This document shows positions 30,216 through 38,923 of a stretch of 64,000 nucleotides of DNA, one piece after another (the first letter of the stretch is position 1; every line of letters starts with the position of its first letter). The notes below the pieces were generated by a model. It had not been told where the DNA came from. It made no database searches and worked only from the letters and a program-made list of their open reading frames with translations. The DNA lies in assembly GCA_038240295.1 (NCBI GenBank), contig JBBSDW010000002.1, positions 1,513 through 65,512 of the forward strand, given 5' to 3'. Made by a program: the position numbers and the translations under genes. This stretch comes from Candidatus Kapaibacterium sp. Lineage in GTDB: Bacteria > Bacteroidota > Ignavibacteria > Palsa-1295.

Positions 30216-30509
30216 ATGAGGCTTCGTAAATTCATCGTGCTTGGAGCACTAGTTGTTTTCACAAGCGGTATGATGTCGTGTGCTAAGAAGACCGACACCA
30301 ACATGACCGACACAGCAGCAACGACGATGCCTGCGACTAACACCGCAACACCGCCACCGCCGCCGCCACCACCACCAGCTGACACCATGATGCACAACAA
30401 CATGGATACCAGCATGAAGACTGGTAGCATGAAGGACATGAAGAAGGACGTCAAGGAAATCAAGAAGGACGTTAAGGACATGAAGAAGGACGAGATGAAG
30501 AAGAAGTAA
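30216..30509 (+). CDS. Small Pro-, Lys- and Met-rich lipoprotein, hypothetical
   Basis: AAGAGG Shine-Dalgarno site 8 nt upstream. Signal peptide ending ...FTSGMMSC. Poly-Pro run (PPPPPPPPP) followed by repeated MKKDVKEIKKDVKDMKKDEMKKK. Confidence 0.6.
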   Translation: MRLRKFIVLGALVVFTSGMMSCAKKTDTNMTDTAATTMPATNTATPPPPPPPPPADTMMHNNMDTSMKTGSMKDMKKDVKEIKKDVKDMKKDEMKKK

Positions 30510-30562
30510 TTCTTCGCACTCGCTGACTTTAGGTCTGACGCTTACTTGTCAAGCCTTTCAAG

Positions 30563-30596
30563 AACACACTCGCTTTGGCGAGTGTGTTCTGTTTTA
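30563..30596. terminator. Rho-independent terminator between convergent lipoprotein genes
   Basis: 12-bp perfect stem GAACACACTCGC-tttg-GCGAGTGTGTTC followed by TGTTTT. Confidence 0.8.
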
Positions 30597-30644
30597 AAAG
30601 GATAGGAGCCCAAAGGCTTGGGTACCTCGCGCGAGGTCGATTCC

Positions 30645-31046
30645 TTATCTGATCGCCTTGATCGTCACAGTGTCGAAGGCATGTCCGCTCTGCGTTTGGT
30701 ACTCGCCGGTCGTGATATAAAGATGGGCGGTGCTCGTGTCCTGCGTGAGCAGCGATCGGTTGATCGTGATAGGAAAATTCGATTGATCGCCTGTGGCCGA
30801 GGCTACGACGCTCACCCAGCTGGAGCTATCCTTCAAAATGGTCCATGTGATGGGGCACGTGCAGGAATGCGTCAGCGCAACCGTGTGGATGGAGTCCGGC
30901 GGTGCGTAGACGAGCATGTGCGGGCTCACGGTCATGTATTCAGGCACAAGCACGCTGTTGGTCGAACAGCCAAAAATGAACGCGAGCGATAGCGCACTGA
31001 GAATAAGTGACGGACGAAGCATAGGAATACGCTGGTTGCATGACAA
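30645..31046 (-). CDS. Hypothetical lipoprotein
   Basis: Signal peptide with lipobox (LSLAFIFGCS). 133 aa with no recognisable domain. Confidence 0.55.
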   Translation of the reverse strand: MSCNQRIPMLRPSLILSALSLAFIFGCSTNSVLVPEYMTVSPHMLVYAPPDSIHTVALTHSCTCPITWTILKDSSSWVSVVASATGDQSNFPITINRSLLTQDTSTAHLYITTGEYQTQSGHAFDTVTIKAIR

Positions 31047-31144
31047 GACAGAACGTCAACTACCCAAATTACACTTTGGTGCAGCTACGCGGAAAAACCC
31101 AGCGCCCATCGGTGCCGGGTTTCTTCGAAGGACGAAGCGACTCG

Positions 31145-31531
31145 TTAGAGCGCCTGCGACCGCGAATGAGGCACGTGCGTGACCAACAGATCCTTCGCAT
31201 ACGTCCGGCGGCGCGAGCTGCGAAGCTTGAGTTGGTGGCGCTTGTTAAGGGCATAGAGTGTGTGGTTGGCAAGGATCACCGCGACCATCGCCGCACCGAA
31301 CTGTACGATGTTCGAATGCATGCTGCTTGTATCCATACGTAGCGCATGGTGCAGGATCGCCGGGACAAGCACTGAGGCTATGACGCCGCTGCCAAGCGAG
31401 TAGAGCCAATAGTAGGTCTTACGGTAGGTCTGGTAATAAAACAGTCCGATCGTAAAGCCGAACGCAAGTCCGACGAAGATTCCGAGAAAGCCCGAAGGCA
31501 AGTCTAATGAAAGACCTTCGCGAGCAAACAT
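31145..31531 (-). CDS. Hypothetical membrane protein with three predicted TM helices
   Basis: 128-aa ORF with hydrophobic helices (FLGIFVGLAFGFTIGLFYY, LGSGVIASVLVPAILHHAL, FGAAMVAVILANHTLYAL). Confidence 0.5.
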   Translation of the reverse strand: MFAREGLSLDLPSGFLGIFVGLAFGFTIGLFYYQTYRKTYYWLYSLGSGVIASVLVPAILHHALRMDTSSMHSNIVQFGAAMVAVILANHTLYALNKRHQLKLRSSRRRTYAKDLLVTHVPHSRSQAL

Positions 31532-31843
31532 AGTTTTTGGGCCGATTAAATGGGCAAAACAAGATGCTAAGTGAGGCGCATATTCCCCTCCCAGCGATTA
31601 ATTGATACAATTCTACACCGCAATATAACACATGCAAAACCAAAATCCAAATTTTTCGTACAAATTCTTTATTCTCACAGAATGGCTACCCACGAGCGAC
31701 CTGCTCATCGTGAATGGTTTTGGTGATCGGACATCCTGCTTTCTCAGAGGCTGCCCGCCGCACGGCATCCCACCCCCCGACCCAAGGCTCTATCCGCACC
31801 TTCGTTTTTAGACCAGGATCGCCATATTTGACATCACGGCTCA

Positions 31844-31983
31844 AGTTGGTGTATAAACTTTATTCATAATTGGAGGCGACCCTTAGCCTCCTCACCGCTG
31901 GCTTGTCCAACCCTTCATCCGAGTGGCCGGAGGCAGAAAATTTAACCGTAGGGGCTTGTTGTGTATAAACTTTATTCATAATT
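31844..31983. repeat. Two copies of a 23-bp direct repeat (GTGTATAAACTTTATTCATAATT) separated by a ~94-bp GC-rich, hairpin-forming spacer
   Basis: Copies at 31844-31866 and 31961-31983, each followed by (C)TGGAG. The spacer contains GGAGGC-gaccctta-GCCTCC and CCGAGTGGCCGG palindromes. No ORF covers the region. Confidence 0.7.
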
Positions 31984-32211
31984 CTGGAGCGGAATAATCC
32001 CAAGATGACACAAAGCCGTTGGTTTCCACGACGTAGGCATTTGCACAGCGGGTAGCTTTCATTAGGCTAACACCCTTAAGCATGAAAAACTCTGGAGGGC
32101 GGGTTCCTGACGTGAGGAATCGATCATCCTTACTACAAGAATAAAACGCAATATTCCGCATCTAAGTTCCGTAAATATGTCCTAAATGTGCAGAAAGTGG
32201 AGGATTGAGGA

Positions 32212-32862
32212 TTAGGCGAATATCTCTTCGCGATGGTAAGCAAGCGACGAATCGAAAGCTTGGAATCGCTCGGCAAGATGCATCTTCTTGCCTGCCAGGT
32301 CGATAAGTCCAATTTGTGCAAGCTCATTGGGTGTGGATCGGTCAATCCGGTTGCTAATCAAAATCGGGAAGTCTTGCGCGACTCCAAGCAAGCCCCGATC
32401 GAATGCTTTGTCGTGTAGAGCGCATAGACAGATCCCATTACGTGGATCTGCTCGAAGATCGTCATTGGCGCTCCACGGGATAATGTGACCTGCGATCAGC
32501 AGTTCTTTTTGACCTAACTCGCAGAACGAGCATCGATAGTTATAACTAGACAGCACTCCCGCCCTAAAGAACGATTGCACCAGCCGTACCTTTACGTCCG
32601 CCACCCTCTCTGTCGAAGTTGAAGGAAGCACTAAGATATCGTCAAACATTGACGAGCCTAATTTCAAAAGGGCAGACTCGCACGCAACGGCTATTACTTC
32701 GGGCGAAGTTGTGAATTCTTTCCAAACCGCTTCTTCCAATTTGCTGCCGTTGGATAATCCGCTAATTCGGCGAGATTGAAGTGCGGGATCGAAGCGAGCG
32801 AAGTTCACAAGCTTCATTGCCAAAGCATTTGCGCTGCGACCCAGCAGAGTCGCCAATTCCAC
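32212..32862 (-). CDS. HNH-family endonuclease (PF13391/HNH_2-like; restriction- or abortive-infection-type nuclease)
   Basis: Cys/His metal-binding and catalytic motif CSFCELGQKELLIAGHIIPWSANDDLRADPRNGICLCALHDKAFDRG. The gene is about 50% GC against about 58% in the flanks. Confidence 0.7.
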   Translation of the reverse strand: MELATLLGRSANALAMKLVNFARFDPALQSRRISGLSNGSKLEEAVWKEFTTSPEVIAVACESALLKLGSSMFDDILVLPSTSTERVADVKVRLVQSFFRAGVLSSYNYRCSFCELGQKELLIAGHIIPWSANDDLRADPRNGICLCALHDKAFDRGLLGVAQDFPILISNRIDRSTPNELAQIGLIDLAGKKMHLAERFQAFDSSLAYHREEIFA

Positions 32863-33436
32863 AATCTCAGGATTGCCATGGTGCAGCCGTCCGAATGGCA
32901 GCCGGCAATAAAGGCCAAAGGCAGCAAGGTGCTCTTCGTAAGACTACACCTTTCGCTCCACGTTAAGCGAACTCGCCAACATGATTCGAGAGCCTCTCGA
33001 AAAGCAAATCTGGTAACGCAAAAGTGCTAAGGTGACTGCAGATAGTCTCAAGCGCTGACGGGATTGAAGTGAAGGAAGTCCGATTCTGCAAGCGAGAGTC
33101 AACGAGAGTGCAGCTGGAAGTACAATCAAGCTCTAGCATCGCAACGATCTGCTCCGACTCCGTGTCAAAGCTGCTGAACATTGAAGTAGTGGAGAAGGTC
33201 GATCTTCGTTCGACAGGGATTTCATCTACAAGGTAGCTTTTCAGGATTTGAATGCTTGTTGCTGAGTTAAAAGGAGAAGCAACCGTTGCCGGTTCCTGCT
33301 TAATCACCGACTAAAAAGTAGAGCAACCTTCCTTCAATTCTTCAAAGCGAGCCAATTCGAATTCTCAAAGGATCATTCCGACTCAGATTTCCGAGCAGAT
33401 TGAGAATGGCAACGGTGGTCAGCTGGGAATGAATAA

Positions 33437-33736
33437 GTGGAACAATGGTTTTTAGTAGTTATGGATAACGGCAAGGTGATTCTTTCTGTCCTGCTTACCC
33501 AACTTAGGGACCAAAGGCCTTGGGTTACGGCGGACGAACTACGACAACTGTTGAAGGAATCTGGCATTGACCTCTCTAAAGAAATGCTTTCCCAATCCAT
33601 AGAGCAACTTACGAAAGAAGGCTACCTTGAGATAAGAGCTGTTGATCCAATGTCACTTGGAAGAGGTTTCATTACCCGATTGACTGTCCCTGGTAAGAAT
33701 AAGTTTGTCCATAGCCGATCGTTAACCGGAAATTAG
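33437..33736 (+). CDS. Small winged-helix (wHTH) DNA-binding protein, putative regulator or antitoxin
   Basis: 99-aa ORF with a helix-turn-helix plus wing pattern (VTADELRQLLKESGIDLSKEMLSQSIEQLTKEGYLEIRAV). It lies 8 nt upstream of the HEPN-like gene. Confidence 0.55.
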   Translation: MEQWFLVVMDNGKVILSVLLTQLRDQRPWVTADELRQLLKESGIDLSKEMLSQSIEQLTKEGYLEIRAVDPMSLGRGFITRLTVPGKNKFVHSRSLTGN

Positions 33737-33743
33737 AGTTCTT

Positions 33744-34412
33744 GTGTCCGGGTCAATCTCTCGTTATAACACGCAGAAGCAAGAGGTCGCAAGACTTCTA
33801 AAATTTCATGCTCAGCTTCACGGTGTAGAGCCTGCGGCTAAGGGCAGACGTGCGGCCGATCTCGAAGTTTTGCATCGTTCCGCCGTTGTTTTACTAACGG
33901 CTTGCTGGGAGTCGTTCATCGAAAATATTCTAAAAGAATCGATCGGCATCATTGTTCGGGATCTTCCCGATCCATTTGCGCTCCATCATGAACTCTTAGC
34001 GGCGGTAGCTGCCTCGAAAAGTTCGAAGTTGAGCGTAAGCGTAAAACATGAGCTTTACCCTTGGTATTTTGTCGGTGACGGTTGGCGGACGATCTTACTC
34101 CAGTTTGTAGCGCTGAAAATTTCCGATTTTAACACTCCTGACGCGGCAGTGAAATCAATGTTCAAATCTTTGCTCGGTGTTGAAGATGTTACCCAATCGT
34201 GGGGACGACGCGGTAAGTTCGCCAGCGATGCCGCCGATCGACTTGATGAATATCTTAGTGACCGCCACTCAATAGCCCACGGTGCTGCACACCAAAAGAA
34301 ACTCAACAAATCGTACGTTACCGGATACCAACAATTTCTTGATATCACCGTGCAAAAAACTGAGGATGTCGTTCGTGTGCGTCTTAAAGAGTTGGGTCTG
34401 GTACTCCCGTAA
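33744..34412 (+). CDS. HEPN-like protein (R-x4-H motif), putative RNase toxin or abortive-infection effector
   Basis: 222-aa ORF with a GTG start, predicted mostly alpha-helical. The conserved C-terminal motif LDEYLSDRHSIAHGAAH matches the HEPN Rx4-6H signature. It is co-oriented with and adjacent to the wHTH gene. Confidence 0.55.
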   Translation: MSGSISRYNTQKQEVARLLKFHAQLHGVEPAAKGRRAADLEVLHRSAVVLLTACWESFIENILKESIGIIVRDLPDPFALHHELLAAVAASKSSKLSVSVKHELYPWYFVGDGWRTILLQFVALKISDFNTPDAAVKSMFKSLLGVEDVTQSWGRRGKFASDAADRLDEYLSDRHSIAHGAAHQKKLNKSYVTGYQQFLDITVQKTEDVVRVRLKELGLVLP

Positions 34413-34546
34413 CGGGAAGACTTCTTTCATCATCGCTTCGTGGCGATCCATCCTCTCCCCTCCCATACCGTGCTTATATTTGCCCACGCGTCACTTGTTG
34501 CGAGTGGCGGAGAGTTCGGTGTTGTTCTTTTTAACAGGTACGAACG

Positions 34547-35377
34547 GTGTCAGAAATTGCTTTGCATCATGAGGTTGAGGTAGGCGAGGAGATCGCGCAT
34601 TCGCATGCGGCGACGAGTACGGGCATTTGGTCTGGGAAGATCTTTATGTGGCTGTTCCTTTGCCAGGATGCGCTTGCGTTCTTTGGGTTGTTTGCGGCGT
34701 ATCTATCGGTGCGTATCGGTGCGGGGTCGCTTTGGCCTGCGCCTGGTATGACGCATCCGGCGGCGGGGATCGAGCCTAATCCGCTCAACATCAACCTGAC
34801 TGCGGTCAACACGTTCATTCTGATCTGTTCGAGCGTGACGATGGTGCAGAGTTTGAAGTCGATCGTCAACGGCGATAAGAAGAACATGACACGCTGGCTG
34901 ATCGCAACTGCAGTGGGCGGCGCGATCTTCATGGGGATCCAGTTCTTCGAATACAACAAACTGATCCATCACGAAGGCTTGAAGATGCCGAACAGTCTCT
35001 TCGATGCGACGTTCTTCATCTTGACCGGTTTCCACGGCATGCACGTACTTGCTGGCGTGGTCTACCTATCGGCACTGACGGCCGCGGCGAATGCGGGAGT
35101 GGCTGGTAAGCGAAAGTGGGATGTGGTCGTGTTGCTCATAAGCATCGGACTCGCGTTCGCACTGCGTCAGGCGATCCTGTCGTTCTTCGGCTTGGATACA
35201 ATGCTCGCTTCGATCATCGGTTCGCTCTATGGGCTGATGCTCATCTCGACATTCATGGGCCTCAAGTGGCTGCAAAAAACTTCGGACGTTCCGAGGTTGA
35301 TCGAGGTGGCAGGACTCTACTGGCATTTCGTCGATCTTGTCTGGATCATTCTTTTTACACTCGTATATTTGATCTGA
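34547..35377 (+). CDS. coxC: Cytochrome c oxidase subunit III
   Basis: Seven hydrophobic helices with subunit-III hallmark motifs (ILTGFHGMHVLAG, GLYWHFVDLVWI). Confidence 0.88.
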   Translation: MSEIALHHEVEVGEEIAHSHAATSTGIWSGKIFMWLFLCQDALAFFGLFAAYLSVRIGAGSLWPAPGMTHPAAGIEPNPLNINLTAVNTFILICSSVTMVQSLKSIVNGDKKNMTRWLIATAVGGAIFMGIQFFEYNKLIHHEGLKMPNSLFDATFFILTGFHGMHVLAGVVYLSALTAAANAGVAGKRKWDVVVLLISIGLAFALRQAILSFFGLDTMLASIIGSLYGLMLISTFMGLKWLQKTSDVPRLIEVAGLYWHFVDLVWIILFTLVYLI

Positions 35378-35517
35378 GGAGAGGGGAGTTTTGTATTGAG
35401 GCATTAGGGATCGGGGAGGGGAGACGGACCGGACTACCGTCCCACGCGAGGACTACCGTCGACGCGAGGACTACCCGTCCATCGCGAACGAGTTTAAGCT
35501 TTTTTTTATAGAGAACC

Positions 35518-35832
35518 ATGGCAGAAGCAGGGACACACACAGAAGAGGGCAAGCACGCACACCCGAATTACATGGCGGTGTTCATCGCGCTTATCATTTT
35601 GACTGCGGTCGAGGTTGGGATCGCTCAAGCCGGCTTGCCGCATACGGCGATGGTAGTTTTGCTCATCGCACTCGCGCTGGTCAAAGCCGGACTCGTCGCG
35701 CAGTATTTTATGCATTTGAAATACGATGCAAAATTCCTGAGCGTGATCGCTTACGTACCGCTTATCGTCGCAGGAATTCTGATCACGATGCTCTCGGTCG
35801 AGTGGGCATTCCAGCCGCACTGGCTTTTCTAA
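35518..35832 (+). CDS. coxD: Cytochrome c oxidase subunit IV (bacterial caa3-type CoxD/CtaF)
   Basis: 104 aa with three TM helices and the conserved segment ALALVKAGLVAQYFMHLKYD. Confidence 0.8.
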   Translation: MAEAGTHTEEGKHAHPNYMAVFIALIILTAVEVGIAQAGLPHTAMVVLLIALALVKAGLVAQYFMHLKYDAKFLSVIAYVPLIVAGILITMLSVEWAFQPHWLF

Positions 35833-36038
35833 GAAGCATTTCACATGGTCCCAGCACCTTCGCCTTTTCCGCCACCTTCCGTCCTGACGCCAAGTCAGCG
35901 GAGTTTTCGCAAAGTGCTTTATATCGGCCTCGGTGTATGGATCACGCTCATGTTCCTTTTCCTCGCCGCCTGCATCATCATCGACTGGCACTAAGGGGCA
36001 AGTATGAATGATGAGTGATGAAGTATGAAGGACGTTGT

Positions 36039-36243
36039 AAACGTAGCGCGAGCTTTTGCTTGCGCTTTTTCTTTGTCATCCAGTTTGCGGCGAACGTAGG
36101 GTAAGATCCTTCAGGCACCTTTGAATTTTACGAGACCAGTCATTGCGTTGGTGCCTTCAGGATGACCAGTCTAAATCTGTCTGGTAATTTTTTGGAGTTG
36201 TGCTTCTGTAAACGAATCGCAAGCTGAAGCTCGCGCTACGTTT
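36039..36243. repeat. Copy A of a ~200-bp intergenic repeat element with 26-bp imperfect terminal inverted repeats (MITE-like or small-RNA-like)
   Basis: TIR-L aaACGTAGCGCGAGCttttGCTTGCG (36039-36064) against TIR-R CGCAAGCtgaaGCTCGCGCTACGTtt (36218-36243). Internal conserved core GTAAGATCCTTCAGGCACC...GGTGCCTTCAGGATGAC, TAAATCTGT..GGTAATTTTTT and AAACGAATCGCAAGCTGAAGCTCGCG are shared with copy B. Confidence 0.75.
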
Positions 36244-36260
36244 GGAGGTTCGCGTTTTTT

Positions 36261-36848
36261 TTAAATCGACTCGGTGAGATCTTCGAGCAGGGCTTCGCGC
36301 TGGTCTTCGGTTAGTGGGGCGGTGTAATCGTAGTTGCGGTGGCGAAGTACGAGCGAGACCGGGGTGTGGGGTGAGCGCATGTTCTGGACGTCTTCGTCCG
36401 TTAATTTCCACTTGAGATATTGCACAGCGCTGATGCGATCTTGCGCGGCCTGGGCTTCGTCGAATTGGGTGGTGATCTCGTGATCACCGATCTTGAAATA
36501 TACCGAGTTATATCCGAGTCCGATCAGCGAATCGAGTATGGGTTTGATCAGATCTTTGTCGGTGATCTCGATGAGGAGTGTTGCAGAGATCTCGTGATCG
36601 GCTGGTATGAGCTGGTTATAAACGTCGATCTCATGCTGTATGGCTTCATCGTGCACGAGTCGTTCGGTGCGCGCCATTTCCTGAATCTGAAAGAGCACCG
36701 TCTCGCGATTTTCGAAGACAAAGGTCATGTTCGGACCCACCGAAATTCTTCGCAGCTTTTTGATCGCGATCACATGCTCGCGAAGCTCTTTGCGCTCTTT
36801 CTCGTACTGCACGAGGTCTTTGATCTCAGATAATTGGATCGGCTTCAT
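36261..36848 (-). CDS. DUF3501-family protein (partner of the CCG-domain Fe-S oxidoreductase in rubrerythrin clusters)
   Basis: 195-aa ORF immediately downstream of, and co-oriented with, the Fe-S oxidoreductase gene. The composition and length fit DUF3501. Confidence 0.6.
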   Translation of the reverse strand: MKPIQLSEIKDLVQYEKERKELREHVIAIKKLRRISVGPNMTFVFENRETVLFQIQEMARTERLVHDEAIQHEIDVYNQLIPADHEISATLLIEITDKDLIKPILDSLIGLGYNSVYFKIGDHEITTQFDEAQAAQDRISAVQYLKWKLTDEDVQNMRSPHTPVSLVLRHRNYDYTAPLTEDQREALLEDLTESI

Positions 36849-36863
36849 ATTCGAAAAAACAGT

Positions 36864-38237
36864 TTAAGGTGTAACGGTTTGAGCGAGCTCTTTGGCGTTC
36901 AGGCTTCGCGCCGGATTTTTGTGCGTCGTGAATCCCATCGCATGGTAGATGACTTCGATCGGATGAAAGGGATCGGTGTTCGTGCCCTGCTCGATATGCA
37001 AATGCGAGAGCACACAATCGCTGACCACCGTCGCAGCGGGCTGTTCTTTTTCGATCGCCTTGAATAATTTTTTTCCCACTTCGATCGAGATTGGAAAATA
37101 TTCGGTCTTCATCGACCACGATCCGTCATGTCCCGAGCATTGCTGCACCATCGTCACTTTGGTATTCGGCAAAAGCTTAAGCAGGTCGCGCGAAGGATAG
37201 CCGATGTTCTGAAATTTGAGATGGCAGGGCAGATGATAGGTGATCTGACCGCCGATTGAATTCGGAAATTCCGCGTGCAATAATTTTTGCTTGTGCAGCT
37301 TCATCAAATATTCCATCGGATCGAGTATGGCCGCCTTTATCGCTTTAGCAGCTTCTTTATTCGTCGCGTAATTTTCGTATTCATCGCGCAGCATCAGCGA
37401 GCAGCTCGGGCTCATCGCGATGATCTTGTAGCCTTGTTGAACGATGGGATGCAAGCGTGCAATGTTTCGATCAACAGTGGCAGCCGTCTTTGCCACGTCT
37501 CCCGTCCCAAGTTCAGGCATCCCGCAGCATTCCTGCTCGGGCGCGATCGTGAGAATATTATTCGCTTCGAGGATCTCGACAAACTGCTTTCCGATCCAGG
37601 GCTTATTGTTGTTGAGCATGCAGGTGAAAAAAAGCGCGACCTTATCGGCGGGCGCCAGCAGCGTCACCTTCGGGCGACTGTCGACCCAATCGCGAAACGT
37701 CTCGCCATAATAAAGCGGAAGTTTTTTATCTTTGTGAATACCGATCGCGGCCTGCATGATCGAGCGCACGGTCGGATTGTGATTCGCCCAGTTCATGATG
37801 CCCGGAATGGCAGAACCAAGTTTTCCTGTTCGATCGGCATCACCCAAAAAGGCATCGCGCAATTTTTCTTTTGGCGACTTCCCCTCTTCCTTCACCTCGA
37901 TGGCTTGTGCGCGCAAGAGCAATCTTGGAAAGTCAAGCATGTATTCGTGCGGCGGCGTGTAGGGGCACTTCGGATAGCAGAGTTTGCACTGATAGCAAAA
38001 ATCGACGACATGCTTGTAATCGCCTTTCGTTAGCTGCTCGACCGGATTCTCATGGCCGATCCCTGCCGCGGTTTGTGTATCATCGATCGTATCGATGCGG
38101 TCGAAGAGGTCGTTGAATGGCGGACAAAGTCCATCACAAAGCCTGCAACCGTTACAGACATCGAGGACCTTCTTGAATTCCGTTTGCAGATCCTCTTGTT
38201 TCCAATAGAGCGGATCATGCGGATCAAAAACCATCAT
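36864..38237 (-). CDS. Fe-S oxidoreductase with two [4Fe-4S] ferredoxin motifs and CCG domains (HdrD/GlcF/GlpC-like)
   Basis: CNGCRLCDGLCPP and CYQCKLCYPKCP cluster motifs, plus cysteine-rich CCG repeats (...ECCGMPELG..., ...QCSGHDGSW...). Confidence 0.8.
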   Translation of the reverse strand: MMVFDPHDPLYWKQEDLQTEFKKVLDVCNGCRLCDGLCPPFNDLFDRIDTIDDTQTAAGIGHENPVEQLTKGDYKHVVDFCYQCKLCYPKCPYTPPHEYMLDFPRLLLRAQAIEVKEEGKSPKEKLRDAFLGDADRTGKLGSAIPGIMNWANHNPTVRSIMQAAIGIHKDKKLPLYYGETFRDWVDSRPKVTLLAPADKVALFFTCMLNNNKPWIGKQFVEILEANNILTIAPEQECCGMPELGTGDVAKTAATVDRNIARLHPIVQQGYKIIAMSPSCSLMLRDEYENYATNKEAAKAIKAAILDPMEYLMKLHKQKLLHAEFPNSIGGQITYHLPCHLKFQNIGYPSRDLLKLLPNTKVTMVQQCSGHDGSWSMKTEYFPISIEVGKKLFKAIEKEQPAATVVSDCVLSHLHIEQGTNTDPFHPIEVIYHAMGFTTHKNPARSLNAKELAQTVTP

Positions 38238-38466
38238 AAGAATTCACGCTATAATGTCGACAAATAAAACACCGCCCCGCCTTGCAAAGCGTTGATCCCT
38301 CGTTGCCGAAGGATACATCGCCCTTCACGAGCAAGACAGGGCAGTGACGTCATACGTTATGTATTAGGTAGAGTAAGGAGCAGCTTGCGCCACACCTTCT
38401 CTGATGCGTGACACTATGGTGTCACACACTTGGGTGCTGCATCGCGTAAATCGCGATGCGGCAATG

Positions 38467-38889
38467 TTATGCGTCGATCGTGTCGTGGGCTTTCTGGAAA
38501 CGGCCTGCGTGCGATTTCTCGGCACGTGCAAGCGTTTCGAACCACTGGGCGATCTCGTCGAATCCTTCCTCACGTGCCGTGCGGGCAAAGCCAGGATACA
38601 TCTCTGTGTATTCGTAGGTCTCACCTTCGATGGCGGCTTCGAGATTGATCGCTGTCTCGCCGATCGGCTTGCCGGTCGCCGGGTCGCCAACTTCCGCGAG
38701 AAATTCCATGTGGCCGAACGCATGTCCGGTTTCGCCCTCAGCGGTGTCGCGGAAGACGCCTGCGATGTCCGGATACCCTTCGATATCTGCCTGACGCGCA
38801 AAGTAAAGGTACCGGCGGTTCGCCTGCGATTCGCCTGCAAAGCCTTCTTTCAAGTTCACAAACGTTTTTGAATCTTTTAAATCTGCCAT
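38467..38889 (-). CDS. Rubrerythrin/ferritin-like di-iron protein (erythrin-type, no rubredoxin domain)
   Basis: Di-iron ligand motifs E..E..H repeated ([48 protein letters not shown]). The start was set at the internal MADLKD, which is preceded by in-frame low-scoring sequence. Confidence 0.8.
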   Translation of the reverse strand: MADLKDSKTFVNLKEGFAGESQANRRYLYFARQADIEGYPDIAGVFRDTAEGETGHAFGHMEFLAEVGDPATGKPIGETAINLEAAIEGETYEYTEMYPGFARTAREEGFDEIAQWFETLARAEKSHAGRFQKAHDTIDA

Positions 38890-38923
38890 GATGATGATCT
38901 CCTGATGATGTACGATGAGAAAT

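Noticed and set aside
31560-32211. Search for tmRNA, RNase P, 6S or SRP RNA in the 650-bp ORF-free stretch
   Set aside because: None of the universally conserved segments of these RNAs (for example the tmRNA tRNA-like end or the RNase P GGAAAGUCCGG / ACAGAACCCGGCUUA motifs) is present. The region is instead reported as a repeat or putative novel sRNA.
32963-33307. 114-aa Ser/Thr-rich ORF upstream of, and co-oriented with, the HNH gene, considered as a displaced N-terminus (HNH pseudogene)
   Set aside because: The two ORFs are in different frames with a 100-nt gap. The upstream ORF is low-complexity with no motif, and the HNH ORF already contains the complete catalytic motif. The evidence is insufficient to call a frameshifted pseudogene.
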